Positions 1 to 13,446 of a DNA stretch of 64,000 nucleotides are shown here, in pieces; positions within the stretch are counted from its first letter, which is position 1; each line of letters opens with the position of its first letter. Source of the stretch: Tubulanus polymorphus (lineage: Eukaryota > Animalia > Nemertea). Made by a program: the position numbers and the translations under genes. Where the stretch lies: assembly GCF_964204645.1 (NCBI RefSeq), contig NC_134033.1, forward strand, positions 16,128,655 to 16,192,654. The letters are read 5' to 3'. The notes under the pieces are model-generated. The model saw only the letters and a program-made list of their open reading frames with translations, was not told where the DNA came from and did no database searches.

Positions 1-725
1 GTTTGCGTGCCTTCAAACGGCACTCGCTTAAGCGGAATCTATTAGACAATGCAAACAGATACCGGCCGCGCCGTCAAAATACATCGAAATATATCGACGA
101 TAACAATAAAATGGAAACTGTGTCTTCTAAACAAAATTGATAGACATGAACTAACAAACTGCCTTAGACAAATATAGATCGAACTAAAATATTTGAAGTA
201 GACTCCATTCGAATAGGTTCTAAGTTACGTCAAATAGGTCAATTTTGAAAGCTAGAATTATGAAACTTTGATGAACGTAAACGCTTTGGTTTTGACTGGA
301 AAATTAAGCGAAATTATCCTTTACAAAATTAAGCTTATTTTTAGTAAATAAACTCGGTAATGCGGTACCGGCACCGTTACAGTGACAAGCGAAGATTCAG
401 TGATAATTCACCAGGATCGCTAGTGGCACTGTGGGTCACCGTGCTTCAATTTCCTTATACATTTTCATTAAATTCGAATCTAATTTCATCGAAAATGAAC
501 TGATTTTCACAACGAACAGCCCAGTGTTTTGTTGCGCCATCTGGTGAGTGCCGGTTTCCCATTATCGGTTGCAAACAACCCGCGATTTTAAGACCAGTTG
601 TTCATAAGTTGGTTAAAGTAAAACGGTACAAAACTGTCATAGTCATCATTACATGGTTACTGTGTTTAATTATTAACACGCTCAGTCTAACCAACATTTG
701 ATGAGCAACTGGTTATTTTACAGTT

Positions 726-999
726 AAGCTGCGATCACACGAGCGTTTTGGCCGTTAACACGGGTGCCAAATAGACCCGTGCCTGTTTCGCCAGACCAAA
801 AACGTCAGACCAGGACCGGGCCCAATTCTAGCACGGAAGTAATGACAGTGTTTGCAACTGTTTCCAGAAATGACTCACTTCGTTTTGTTCTAGTATTGTT
901 TAGTATCGAGTGAGTGGTTTACGTGTTAGCACTCTCTCTCTCGAGCCTGGTCCGTTCCAATTTGACCCGGGCCAAATCGTCTCCGTGCGATCGCGGCTT
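726..999. mobile_element. MITE-like element, family A (second copy at 23174-23382)
   Basis: Terminal inverted repeats AAGCTGCGATCACACG...CGTGCGATCGCGGCTT. Internal GGGCC(C)AATT(C/T)TAGCACGG and GCCAAATCGTCTCCGTG segments are shared with 23174-23382. No coding capacity. Confidence 0.7.
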
Positions 1000-1235
1000 T
1001 AGAGACAAGTTTAGCTCCCAAGAGCTCAGAAAGTTAGTTGAAGTTAACCATTGGATAAATAACATGATAACACAAGTTTTATCGTCACAGTGTAAGGTGA
1101 GCTTTAACCAACTTTTGAGAAACACTGATGGTCAACATGGCATTTACCGATTTACGTCATATCGGCCGTCGAAGTTGGGTATTTGAACAGTCCGCCACAA
1201 AATGGCGCCTTAGAAACTAGAAACTTGTTTATTTA

Positions 1236-2294
1236 CTAACTATTTAAAGTATCCCCGAAAGCGCTGGCCGCGTGTCTGTTCGAATCGGTAGCCGTGGACC
1301 GATTACAGCTTAGAATCTGCTTGAAAGCTCGACGAAACCCAGAGCTGCCCAACGCGTACAGCACCGGATTCACTGCCGAGTTGGCGTGACTCAGCAATAT
1401 AGCCGCCATTAGGATCTCGAACGGAAATCGAACGTCTGGCCGTAGGACGGTTAACGAATTGAGAATATGTAGCGGTAGCCAGCAAATAGCGAAAAAAACG
1501 CAGATACCGGCGAGAGATTTCGCCGCTTTACTGTGACGAGTGACCTTCCCGTTGGCGTTATTGTGTCCGGCCATTTCTAGCACGGCGATTTGATGCAGTT
1601 GTTTCTTGACGATAAAGAATATATAGGCGTAAATAGCCAACAGAATCAGCAGCGGGATCAGCACGCATCCGAAAAAATTAAAATACACCATGTATTCCAT
1701 GTCGATAACGTGCATGAAGCTGCACTGGCCGTCGGGTGGGAGGGTTCCGTGCCAGCCGAACACCGGAACCATCCCGATTAGTAACGACGCCAGCCAGGTA
1801 ACGATGATGACTACGACGGCCGCTGTGCCCGAGCACCAGCGTTGATAGACGTACGGGTGCTTGATGGCGACGAATCGTTCCAAAGCGATCGCCAACAGGC
1901 TGAATATAGAACTTTGTGTTAACATAACCACGATCGAATTCACTAGTAAACATCCGTAGAAGTCGTTGTAAGGGAAACCGGTGCTGGCGGCTATTGCGCA
2001 CGGTAACGCCACCAGTCCGACCAGAAAGTCCGCGATCGCCAGATTCACGATGAAATAGTTTGTGACCGTTCGTAGGTGCGAATTCAACATAACGGCCGCG
2101 ATTACTAAACTATTGCCCAGGATAGCGGCTACGGCTATTCCGAGTTCGACAGTAATGTTGACGATGTCGGTGGCGGTCATCGCGGAGCTGTTAGTGGCGG
2201 AGGTCGTCGCGCGAGGCCCCGAGTTTAGTCCGGACTGATTTACCGCGTCTAGCGAGGCGGCCGAGGACGGGGTGATCTCAGCTGTGGTGACCAT
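1236..2294 (-). CDS. AdoR: Adenosine receptor-like class A GPCR (352 aa, CDS in one exon)
   Basis: 7TM ORF with GN (TM1), LAIAD (TM2), ERF at the DRY position, CWLP (TM6) and NPVLY (TM7). Adenosine-receptor signatures: VELG, LTQSSIFSLL, CSF in ECL2, MEYMVYFNFFGCVLIPL, LHILN, LSHANS. Start placed at ATG 2294 because a T9-GCAG splice acceptor lies at 2335-2336. Confidence 0.92.
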   Translation of the reverse strand: MVTTAEITPSSAASLDAVNQSGLNSGPRATTSATNSSAMTATDIVNITVELGIAVAAILGNSLVIAAVMLNSHLRTVTNYFIVNLAIADFLVGLVALPCAIAASTGFPYNDFYGCLLVNSIVVMLTQSSIFSLLAIALERFVAIKHPYVYQRWCSGTAAVVVIIVTWLASLLIGMVPVFGWHGTLPPDGQCSFMHVIDMEYMVYFNFFGCVLIPLLILLAIYAYIFFIVKKQLHQIAVLEMAGHNNANGKVTRHSKAAKSLAGICVFFAICWLPLHILNSLTVLRPDVRFPFEILMAAILLSHANSAVNPVLYALGSSGFRRAFKQILSCNRSTATDSNRHAASAFGDTLNS

Positions 2295-3230
2295 TTTATC
2301 CGACGATACCGAGCCTAGTCGACAACAGCTGCAGCTGCAAAAAAAAAACGCTATCAAAACATCGGTTTCCATAGACACACGCTATCTATATTTGACTTGA
2401 TTAAAAAAGCCCCACAATTAAAATGAATCATTATGATCTTAATAGTTCGACGTTTCGAGTCGATCTAGTCGTGTGATCTATGAGCTGTTTTGAATGGCTC
2501 ATAGATTTTATTGCACGCACGCGTGCGTATATGTGTGTATTTTAGTCAAGGCGTCCCACATTTGCATGAGACTACCTTTCCGGACGGCCTAGATCTACTG
2601 AAGGGAGAACTAAAAGATGGATCGAATAAACGATAATATTTTTGAGTTACAATATCCGGGCCATGTTTCAAAATTGAAGAGCGGGTGCCATTTGCACAGT
2701 CGTGACCTTGACGGCCAAAAGGCGTCTATAAACTCATGACTTTGGGGCTGGTTCTTTATAAGGTTGTCATACTTTCACAGGTTTTTCTTTAAATTGTGGA
2801 TTTTCTTTGATAAATATCATTTCTAATGACATTGCTATAAGTGATTATTTCTTTGGTTCAATATCAAAAGCGTACGGTGTCAGGCTCGCCTGCGCACCTC
2901 TTCAAACCTACAGCGATCTATAACGCGATAGCAAATAACAGGCAAACAATATCTAAATCGTGTCTATTTCGGTGGCGCAATCAGAAAGCAATTTGTGGAT
3001 GAAAGAAAGGTAGAAAATTGATACGCGTATCAATAATAAATGGTTACACGAATAGAGTGAATGGGGAATTGTGTGACTGTAGAGTCTATGAGTTCAGAGA
3101 GCACTTTAATAAATAAACTGACTAGTGTTCTTTAAGAAACAGAAAGCATTAGAAATAAGTATATACAATGGATTTGCAGTGAAATTTGCCGATCTTATAA
3201 TCTTATTTTTGTATGAAATGTCGTATACTA

Positions 3231-3630
3231 ACATCAACATCACCATCAACATCAACATCAACATCATCATCAACAACATCATCATTTCATCAACATCAAC
3301 ATCACCATCAACCTCATCTTCAACATCAACATCAACATCAACATCAACAACATCATCATTAACATCATCATCAACATCAATATCACCACCAACATCAACA
3401 TCGTCATCAACATCATCATTAACAACAACATCAAGATCAATCCTCAACATCATCATCAACATCAACATCATCATCAACATCAACCTCATCATCAACATCA
3501 TCATCAACATCATCATCAACATCAACCTCATCATCAACATCATCATTTCATCAACATCACCATCAACCTCATCATTAACATCATCATAAACAACATCATC
3601 ATTTCATCAATCTCAACATCAACAACAACA
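3231..3630. repeat. Compound (CAT/CAA)n low-complexity microsatellite
   Basis: About 400 bp of mixed CAACAT/CATCAT triplets; it explains the spurious ORFs 3106-3546 and 3125-3589. Confidence 0.95.
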
Positions 3631-5390
3631 TGAACCCTGATGATGGAAAATCTCACACGATCTGACGGTTCAGAGATTCATCTAAATACCCTTTTCAAAG
3701 AATTAGTAATTACTGGAATGTTATTTCTAAAAATTTCTAAGGAAAGGTTTTAAGTATTCGATAATAACATTCATTACTGTTTGTCAGAAGATTTAGATAG
3801 ATCTTCTAAATGTCAAAGATGAATAAACTTTGAAACATTATCGTTGTTAGATTATCAGAAGATGAGATTGAGATAGATCTCGAAACCGTCAGGTGAATAG
3901 ATTTTAAAGTATCATTGATTGCGGTGTTATTCACTACCATCAACAAATTATACATCGGTTTATTCTCGACAGCAACTAATCCTAACATACCAGACGTGAC
4001 ATGCTATAGTGAAATCACTGGTGAAATAGTGCCGTATTTGACTAGTATCCGATACTATGTTACTCACGAACGGCTAACGATAAAAGATGCTCGTTTTCTC
4101 TCGAAGAGAGGTTTAAAATTACTGCACGACCGGTTACTGGAAATTCACCGCTCATCATTAGTTCAGTTCCCGCTGCCTCCATGGTGCATCCGCGCGTCCT
4201 GATTGGTCGGTTACAATTCTCGATTCTAACCAATCACGTGTAACGATTTCCTTCTAACTCTGATTTGCCAAATATCTACAACTGCGGATAGATTTCAAAC
4301 GTGATGAAATACTGCGAGTCAGCGTCGAACGACGATACGGTTATATCACACGAAGCAAAAGTCGAAAAAGGCTTGTAGTTCATTTCAGCGTTTGCCTTAA
4401 CCCTAATAGTCATCTTCAGTTGAAATAAACTACCATAGCTCAATGAGACCGTTCTGGATTTGTTTTGAAAAGATCAATGAGATTTTCTTTTACGACAGGT
4501 TTCTAAAGAGTCAAACATCGATCGATGAACTGTGTGGAACTGAGTCCTGTGGCAGTAGCAAACTCGGCGCCACCAAAGAATCAACGAATAAATCGTGTTT
4601 TAGTTCGATTTCATTAGTAATAAAACAATAAAAGCTATTTCTATCCAATAACTGTTGTTCGTTCCACTTGTAGATTCTATCAGCGCTAATGGCAAAGCTA
4701 TCATCATTCGAGAACCATGAAATTAACAGATCACGAACCAATTAACGCGGTATCTATTATTCCCTTTGTGTTTATCATCTATTATTGATGCGGAAAGTAA
4801 ACTCATTTTTATCAATCACGGGGTGTGCGCGAGTAACGTGTGGGAAAATCGTTACGGTATTGATTTCATCGATGCCCGTCCGTTTCGTCAGAAAAGAATT
4901 CTCGGTGACCTTGACCTTGAAATGGAATCGTCTGCGCGTCGCCGTCATCAATACACAATGCGGCCTGTGTTTATCGGCTGTCAAATCGTTACAAGTGACT
5001 TGTTTAGATTCTAGTTGTTACACGAGGCAGTAAAAAAACATTGTTTAACGCCACAACTTACCGCGAGAAAGGCGTACAACTAACATTATGGATTGTGTCC
5101 TGTAACTGGGACAGGAAACCGTTGTGTTCTACGCCGAACACGCGATTCGGCTTTTAGAGAAAATAGAATTATCTATCATGAATAGAGAGCAGGCTGATGT
5201 GTCGACGGTCGTCAAAATCGGAGCCGTTTTCATAAACTGTGTCAGTAGAAGTCCATAAAATATTTGTCGAACCATAATAACTTCGATTCAGACACTTACA
5301 ACCTATGTTGGGGATAGAAGGGGCGGAAAGGGGGAGTTGTAATTTCCTCATATCGCCCACGAAACGGTCTAGTGATTATTTTACATCGAC

Positions 5391-5640
5391 GCGGGCACCA
5401 GTCATCTTAGATACACACCCCAGGCACCAATCAACTCTGATACTATCTTGGGTCTACTCAGCTAAACACGCGCGCGGGCACTAGTCTACTCTGATACACA
5501 GTCGGGCATCGGTCTACCTAGCTAGACACGCAGACACGTACGTACCACGCAAACGTGCGGGCACCAGTCAACTCATGTACAAACCTCCGGGCACCAGTCT
5601 ATTCCGATACGCACACGCGGGTACCAGGCTCCTACTTCCG
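5391..5640. repeat. Degenerate ~30-35 bp minisatellite
   Basis: Recurring CGGGCACCAGTC(T/A)ACTC-GATACAC motif, roughly 7 diverged copies. Confidence 0.6.
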
Positions 5641-7309
5641 ACCCGGTGTATGATAGAATTGATGCTTTTTTCCGACGAGAAACGATTTGATCGCTGGAAC
5701 CCGAATCAGAGCACGTCGACGATAGACAGATCAGGAAGCGACATCCAATATGCTGGACGACAGATCGTTTCCTCGACGATACGAACCCGGAATATGAGAT
5801 GAGAGAGGATGAGAGAGAGATACATCAACCCATCCAAACAACGCATAACCACGCGAATATTAATTACCCGTAGAAAAAAGAACTATTCAAATATCGTTCG
5901 TTTAAAAATTAGCCACTTCTCTCTCTCTCTGATGTGTACTCTGATGCTTACAATGAATGCATACATTCTCAACGATCGTCGGACTCCAGCTGAAATATGC
6001 ACGAAGATAATTTCTAATTTTCTAATATATTTCACAGTTCCGTTATCTTCCAACAATGTTTATATACTATTCTTCCCGATTCAAGTTATATGATATTCTA
6101 TTAAATTCACCCCTATAACTCTAACGATCCTAGCGACTCTGCGCGAGTCGCAAACAAGCGGGTTATATCTGTTTGCTTAATTAGGGCCGTATTTGGAGGG
6201 CGGACAGGTTAGTGGTTAGTAGGCAGAAGCAGTTGCCCCCAAGGATTTTCGGTAAATTTGCCTTTTTTTGCATACGCGTGTGCCCTTTTTGAAAATCTTA
6301 ATATATTATCGTTATATCCAATAGAAATTTAATATAGGATCCTTTTCTTGGGACTGGCAAGCATTTTGTTATAGGCCTCACAGATTTTTTGGGGCCTGTA
6401 AGAGGAATCGTTGTTTGACTCTAGGTAACTGCGCCAGTTTGAGAGTTTCTCTGAATCTATTTCCACAAAAGTGTGGGTTTAATTCGATACTGGATCCAGT
6501 TTCAGCTTCTGGATCCAGTTACCGTACCAGTCTGGGAGTTTCTCCGCCCCCCCCGCAACATCCAAACGCCGGATACTGCCCTGGTAACATCAACGCAATG
6601 TAACAACTATACGCCTATCCGAATAGAGAGTTTGGTAAGCGCCGTCCGGTAACGAGCACGAATTACAAAGAAATACAATCATCGCCGGTTTATTTTGTGG
6701 AAATAATTGCGAACGAAATATCCCGACGGTAAATACGACGAGAAAGCGTGGAGAACGCTCTCAAACTGCGCGGTGTGATGATTTAACACTGACACGGATG
6801 TAACGGTGGATACACGATTTATCTCGTGAGTGATACAGTTGACTGAATGGCGCGGCTTTCAGTAATTCCGTCTCCAGAAATAGAAAAACCTCTCTCGCAG
6901 TCGGCGACGCATAAGAGCGTGCACAGCCTCCGGGATACATCTGCTGCTATATCACCGTGTAATTCGTCACGTTATTGAATTAATCAAACCGACAGAATAG
7001 AAAAAGAACAACGCAATTTGTAATTTGATTGCGAAGCTCTGAAAGTTGATCCAGATCCACTTATTCAGTTGTGTAGATTCAATCGGGGCCCAGAGTTCTG
7101 CTACATGTCTCATAGACTAACTCAGACGACTTACCTGTCGTCCATCCAAGATTCTGTAAAAACCATTTCGTGTTTATATTATTTGTGTATTTTATTGAAT
7201 AAAAGGGAAATCAATATATATCACAACGTTTTAGTTCCACACTGTGACTTGGATTTATTTGACTGCAGTGTTCTACGGATTCAGTTACACAGAACTATTG
7301 CTTTTTTAC

Positions 7310-7650
7310 TGTAGACCCAGTTCCACAGTGTTGAGTGGGTTTGATTTTACTGTGGACCCAGTTCCACAGTTGGGTGGGTTTAATTTGACCCCAGATCCAG
7401 TTCCACAGGAGTATGGGTTTAATTTGAGTCCAGATCCACTTCCGCAGTTCTACAGTGTCCTACGGATCCAGTTCCACAGTTGAGTGGGTTTAGTTTGACT
7501 GTGGATCCAGTTCCACGGAAGTATGGGTTTAATTTGACCCCGGACCCAGTTCCACAGGAGTATGGGTCTAATTTGACTGTGGATCCAGTTTCACAGTGTT
7601 GTGCGGGTTTTATTTGACTGTGGATCCAGTTCCACAGTTGGGTGGGTTTG
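7310..7650 (+). repeat. ~40-bp minisatellite array (GGATCCAGTTCCACAG family)
   Basis: Tandem units of about GACTGTGGATCCAGTTCCACAGTTGGGTGGGTTTAATTT. The same core recurs near 6470, 13600, 21650, 22560, 40073 and 60050. Confidence 0.85.
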
Positions 7651-8127
7651 ATAATTTTACTCCTCATTCATAGGTATGACAGTAAACACTATAGCCGCAT
7701 CTTGGAGGCTACTGGATTTAATTTCAATCTTCTCCACACAATTAAATGTCTCTCCGATAACAGGCGGTATATCTACAGTTCTGTCAATCCCTTTGTGGTT
7801 TCTGAGAAAGGCTGGTCCACAGGTACCCCACACCCAGCCTCCCGAGATAAACACCGTTCCCCTCAACCACACGTAGCCTACGGGGGAAGCTCAAGTTCAT
7901 ATACATAGAAGCAAATAATTGACACACGGGGAAATTCTACCTGAACAGTGTTTGATAAAGTGTATCACGAGTGTCGTTAATATAGCAGCGAAACTGTAGT
8001 CGGTGTGTACATTTGTGTGCACCGGTGACAAAAAGTCTGCAATTACCGGGACATACGAACCCTACTGAAATATAGTTATTATGATATCAGTTACGAGTCA
8101 TGTCCATTTAATGCAGTTCAAATCATT

Positions 8128-8300
8128 GCAGTACTACTATCACGCCTATCAGGGGAGAGGGTTCACCGAGAACCAGTGTATGTTGCTCATATTGCACTAC
8201 TGTCACGCTCACAGGGGGAGAGGGTTCACCGAGAACCAGTGTATGTTGTTCATATTGCAATACTGTCACGCTTACAGGGGGAGAGGGTTCACCGAGAACC
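8128..8300. repeat. 63-bp tandem repeat, ~2.7 copies
   Basis: GTTCACCGAGAACC starts at 8161, 8224 and 8287 (period 63). Confidence 0.9.
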
Positions 8301-11300
8301 CGTGTTAGTTTAGACTAACGCACATAACGTAGGGAAACACAGAAACACGCAGATAGAGAAACGTGTTACCGAGAGTTCGCGTGTTCGTTTACGAGAAACG
8401 TGATTTCGGGAAATAATGTTTCCAAGATTGAACACGTTTTAAGTCTTATGTTTCTGAGTTTTCTGCGTCGTGCGCGCGTTGGGCTTAAGGTTTAGCGCGT
8501 CAGCTGTACAGGGCACTGCAGTGCGGGCCCGCGAGGATTGAGCCATTGCTGAATGGAACCTCTAGGGAACGAGCCAACGTCGAGTAGGATTCTGGGGAGT
8601 GGTTTGCCATAGCGGCCTCTGGCGAGGGAGGGGGGGTGTAGCCAGAAAGACGTTTACCTTAGTAGCTGAAGTACCTCGGAGAGTGAAGTACCTCGGAAGT
8701 CCTAATCGTATGAAGGCGTGGTTGAGCGCCGGGGAGTGGGAGCGCCTGGAGGTCAACTTTGTCGAGAAACGACCTTCAATGTAAAGAGCTTTTGACCGTA
8801 AATATTCATTATAGCTCGACGCACGTATCGCTGGCGAGGAGGGGGAGAGAGAGAGAGTCAGCAGCTGAGACCCCGGTCGAAGCTGCCGGGTCACGTATTC
8901 CACCCCTTATATTCATTATATGATACATATTCATGGCGCTCGCGACGATGACAGAAAAACGCCGAACAGGAAAATTAGATAGGAAATTCACACCGGAACT
9001 GCGTAGATTGATGATGGCGCACGCGCACGGCGATCATAAAGTTATGATATGAGGTGATTGAAGTGAGATAAAAGCAAATAGAATCGATTAGTATGAATTA
9101 TAAATGGCGAACGGAAAAATGGGGTTGTTGCATAAGATATAGTCACGGCTTAGCGTACGACCTCATGTCTGAGACCATAGTTTTATAGACAATTTAAGAA
9201 CTATATAAAGACTAGACGATCTTACGCCGGTTTTTCTGTCGCGTATTGGCAAACGTGCCCTGAAGCGGAGTTACGATCTAAGAAAAATGAAATAGTTGGG
9301 GTACGATGTCCTGTGGAAGGGAGTTGGGGCCAATTGGTTGGGGGTTAGGTGTCCTCCTCAGCCGGGGAAGATGTTAGGTGGCATAGGGAATCAATATACG
9401 GGGGAGGGGGGGGGGGTAGTGGGGTAAGTATATTCTAAAATCGCTGTTAAACTCTCACTCCCGGCGGGTCCGAGTCTCGACCTTGTCGGCGATGTTGTTA
9501 GCTTTACACTTTAAAAACCAACGATAATCACTCAGCAGCGGCTTATCTTAATGCGTATAGAAAACCGGCTCCGTTTTCAGCAGCGAGAGTCGACGATAAT
9601 CTCGCGAGACTAAAATCTGCAGGAAAGCAGGCGAATGAAATATTTACTAAATCGATTAAACAAAGTTGGTGTCGGCTTTCCTCTTCAAGTCGCGCGGTGC
9701 GCGGGAGACTGGTTTGAAAACGTGTTAAAAGTACTTCGCGAACACTATACTTTTCGATACTACTTTATCGGACATTGTCGGAGACAGTAGAAACAAGAAA
9801 CTAAGTCGAAAGATTATTGACGCTTGAAAAACAGCATATAGCTTAGGGTTATCGAAGGTGAACAACTCAACGATAGATATATAGCCGCAAAGCAGCGATT
9901 ACGGTTTTCTGACCTTCACTTGTGACGCGAAGCGAAACGGAAAAAATCATTACCGAGGATTCTAACCAGAAACTATGGACGGAGAAATGAAACCTGAGCA
10001 AGTTTGATGAATCAAATAATATTCTTATAGTAGATGAAAATGTGAATTGTAGATCTGAGTTACTCAGTGAAACGATGATTCTAGTCTAGTCAAGGGCTAT
10101 TGATGAACGCAACTGCAACCATGCTATTCTTTTGATTAATGAGCTAGACATCTAAACAATCTGGTACCGGTCCGAAGATCTGACCTATAGGACCCCAAAT
10201 AATGCATTGTAAAATGTGTTGAACGAATGTAAACGATATCTGGACCAGACTGAACCGCGGTGTATGGCGTTCGTACTACTGTTAACACCGGCCTCACGAC
10301 CGCCGATCACACCATCTGTCTGTACTTCGATTTCCGATTTCAAAATCAAACCCCTTGTTTCAATCCCGGCAGGTGTGGTGGGTTTGTAAGGGTCAACAAA
10401 TCAAAGAAAACATTAAACGAAATCTACCGATTAAATAAATAACAGGTTAATCTCTGTTTCAAGATAAACAAAAGACACTGGACTCACATCTCGCTGGTCA
10501 CTTATTGCATAGGTTAATTCAGGGGCCACTTAATTGACCAAAAAATTTGTTATTCATTAAATTCGATTCCATTGAAAATAATTCATATCACGAATTTATT
10601 GTATTCAATGTTCTTGCGACGCGTTGAATTTTCATTTCAACCGCATTTTCATCATCAGGCGTTCAATGAATCATACACTACACCGATCAGTCATTAAATC
10701 AGTAATAGTCTGGAGCAGCTTGTAATCTGTTTTATTACTCAGAGCCAGAGGTTCCTCTGAACTTCGCCTGAACTTCACGTTACATTCTACCCGGATATGT
10801 AATAACTATTGTTATTGATATTTCTTTATAACAAACTCAACTGTAGATGCTGAAACCTAGGAGGTGAATTCATCGAAACATACTCAATTCTGAGTACCCC
10901 TTCGAGTATACTACTCCACACATACTCAATTTTGAGTACTCGTACTTGCCTTATCGTGCATGGTAACCCCGAGGGTATACCCGATAAAAAATGGCGGCAG
11001 CTCATTTGCAGTGCGGCCATATTCGTAGCAACGAAAATCAACATAACTCATTTATCCAAAAAGGATCACTCCAAATCTGAGTTGCCTACGTCAAGTCACG
11101 TATCTGGAATTGGGCACGTTTCGATAGATATTCGCATTGGTCCAGAAGTTTATGTCTCTAGTGGCGCTAAAGGATTAGGTCATTCCAATAGTATATTTCT
11201 TGTTGCTAAACGTTTGGTTTAAAATGCTTTAATTTCTGTTATTTAGTTTATTTTAGATACTCGTTTTTCTCCCCTAGGCCTACCATGGGAATGGTTAGAG

Positions 11301-12361
11301 TCGATTCTCATAATTCTATTCTATTCCATTCTATTATGGTAAGGTCAGGTATAAAACTGAGACCTAAATTGCAGTCGCTGCGGGCTCCTTTATCCACCAC
11401 CAATAACTGATTCATTTTAGATCAATTTTTGATTTACGTTTCTATCGCTTATTCGTGTAAGATCTTAACCGTCACGTGCTGCCCCTATACACAACGTTGA
11501 CGGTCAACGCGTGAACTAATTTACACTCGCATGCCGCAGTTTGAAATATCCGGCTGTGCGTTAGTTCACATTTTTACCGCTACTGTTATATATAGGGGCA
11601 GCACTTTACGGTCACGATCTGACAATACTCAGTTGAGTACCGGGCCGAATCCTGCCCCTGATAAATTCTGCAATTCTTGAAAGAGTATCGACACTATAAA
11701 ACAAACGTCTAAGTATCTATTTATAAGTAAAAAGGAGAACATTTCCTGTTAATTTTTATTGATTTTATCATGTAAAGGGTGTACAGCCAAGATGTGGGTT
11801 AAGTCTAGTACCAACCTGTGTATGATGCGAGTTATGATTAAGAGCTTATCTTCAATCTTCCTTAATACAAAACATCTTTATATTCCATAGCTTCAAATCA
11901 GCAGAGTCCATCATTCATTATAGACAAAGTTGAGTCGATCCTTTTAGGTATTATAGGTATTTATATAGCACATAAAGACTGAATTTTATCGGCGTGATGT
12001 CATCCCCGACTGACACTGGAACTGACAGATTGGAGGGTTCGTCTGCGTAAAACGCGATGAATTAAAACATTATCGAAATGATTTAATAGAGCGCGCAAAA
12101 AACTCAGCCGCTACTAATGGATCTTTTAGCGTAGTTATAGGTAAATATAATGAGTGGTCGGGGAGGTGGGGGGGGGGAGAAGGGGATGCAAATGCGGGTG
12201 ATGGATTTAGATGATACTATTGCATCGGGTCCGAACAATACTATTTTATCTTCCTGCTTATTTCATTCAATGACGTGTGTTTATTTACGATTTGAAGCGA
12301 TCGTGGATTCAAAGGGTTCTTGATAAACTCGAATCGATTTTGATTCCGTCGGGAAATTACA

Positions 12362-12705
12362 ACCACACAACTGTGGAACTGAACCAAGAGTCAAAATAAA
12401 GCCATTACGACCGTGGAAGTGGATCCTAGAGTCAAACTAAACCCACACAATGGTGGGACTTGGTTTAGAGTCAAATTGAACCCACACAACTGTGGAACTG
12501 GGTCTGGAGCCAAATTTGACCCACACAACTGTGGAACTGCGTCCCGGGTTGAATTAGATCCCTACGATTGTGGAACTGGGTTCACAGTCAAATTAAAGCC
12601 GCACAACCGTGGAACTGGGTCCAAAGTCAAATCGAACCTACACAACTGTGGAACTGGATCCAGGGTCAAAATAAACCAACACAACCGTGGAACTGGATTC
12701 AGAGT
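12362..12705 (-). repeat. ~40-bp minisatellite array, same family as 7310-7650 but inverted
   Basis: Units CCACACAACTGTGGAACTGGATCC are the reverse complement of the 7310 array. Confidence 0.85.
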
Positions 12706-12870
12706 CGAATACATATTTTCAGCCAAAAATTCACACGGACGCATGATACAAAATATCAATGAATTTCACCTACTTGATTTGTGTTCAACATTAATCAGCA
12801 ATCGATGATTAAACAGAACTGCTACATTTCGTATAACACGTCGTGATGATGTTTTCGATATTTAACTCAC

Positions 12871-12945
12871 CGATTGTAAATCGATCATTTTTCGGCACTA
12901 AGCAGGAAGTGATTTCTCTGTAATCCGCTGATGACGCGATTTATA
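12871..12945 (-). promoter_or_regulatory. Candidate core promoter and non-coding first exon of the adenosine receptor gene
   Basis: Minus strand: GAGA-rich tract near 13000, TATAAAT at 12945-12939, Inr-like TCACTT at 12912-12907, donor CG|GTGAGT at 12870. It could splice to the acceptor at 2335. Motif-based only. Confidence 0.35.
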
Positions 12946-13217
12946 CCGTCTGTTTGTTGTCTGTTAGTCTGTGTGAACATCGCTCGCTCGCGCGCGCTCT
13001 CTTTCTCTCCTCCTCTCAGTCGATGTGACCGTTACCATGGGTCTGCAGTTTAAATGTTTTGCGTCGCGACGCTTTCTATGCTCGACTCGCCGGCCTTGAA
13101 CCCCAGCCCCAACTCCCCTCTCCGTATTTTCAATAAAGAATGATATTAGAAACATGGCGTAATTCTCTAAATACTGATTAGAACAATATAATTCATAGAA
13201 AATAGAAGCTATCGTAT

Positions 13218-13446
13218 CAGGGGTGGATCCAGGTTTTTGAAAATGAGGGGCCCACATTGGATTGAGGTCACTGCTTACACATATTTATTTGCGCCGTGTA
13301 GGATAGGATTCTTCCCCCCAAAAAAAATTGAATTCACTTAGATGCATTTTGAGCACTTTCTTGGTTGAAGTTAGGAATGAAATGGGCGAGGGGTTGAAAA
13401 CCTTCTATGATTCGAAAATTGGGGACGCCCCCTGGATCGGCCACTG
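13218..13446. mobile_element. Non-autonomous DNA transposon with CAG...CTG termini (hAT-like)
   Basis: Imperfect TIRs CAGGGGTGGATCCAGG / CCTGGATCGGCCACTG; no clear TSD. Confidence 0.55.

Noticed and set aside
2295-2378. N-terminal extension MSMETDVLIAFFFCSCSCC of the GPCR ORF
   Set aside because: It runs through a poly-T/CAG splice acceptor at 2335; this is intron plus 5' UTR, not coding sequence.
3106-3589. ORFs of 146 and 154 aa (poly-M/D/V and poly-I/N/S/T)
   Set aside because: Translations of the CAT/CAA microsatellite.
8562-8903. 113-aa ORF in a GC-richer patch
   Set aside because: Non-ATG start, no recognisable motif or splice context; possibly a repeat fragment, but unsupported.
12413-12808. 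ORF with repeated PHNCGTG, resembling a Cys/His repeat protein
   Set aside because: Translation of the dispersed ~40-bp minisatellite, also seen at 7419-7667 and 39899-40231.
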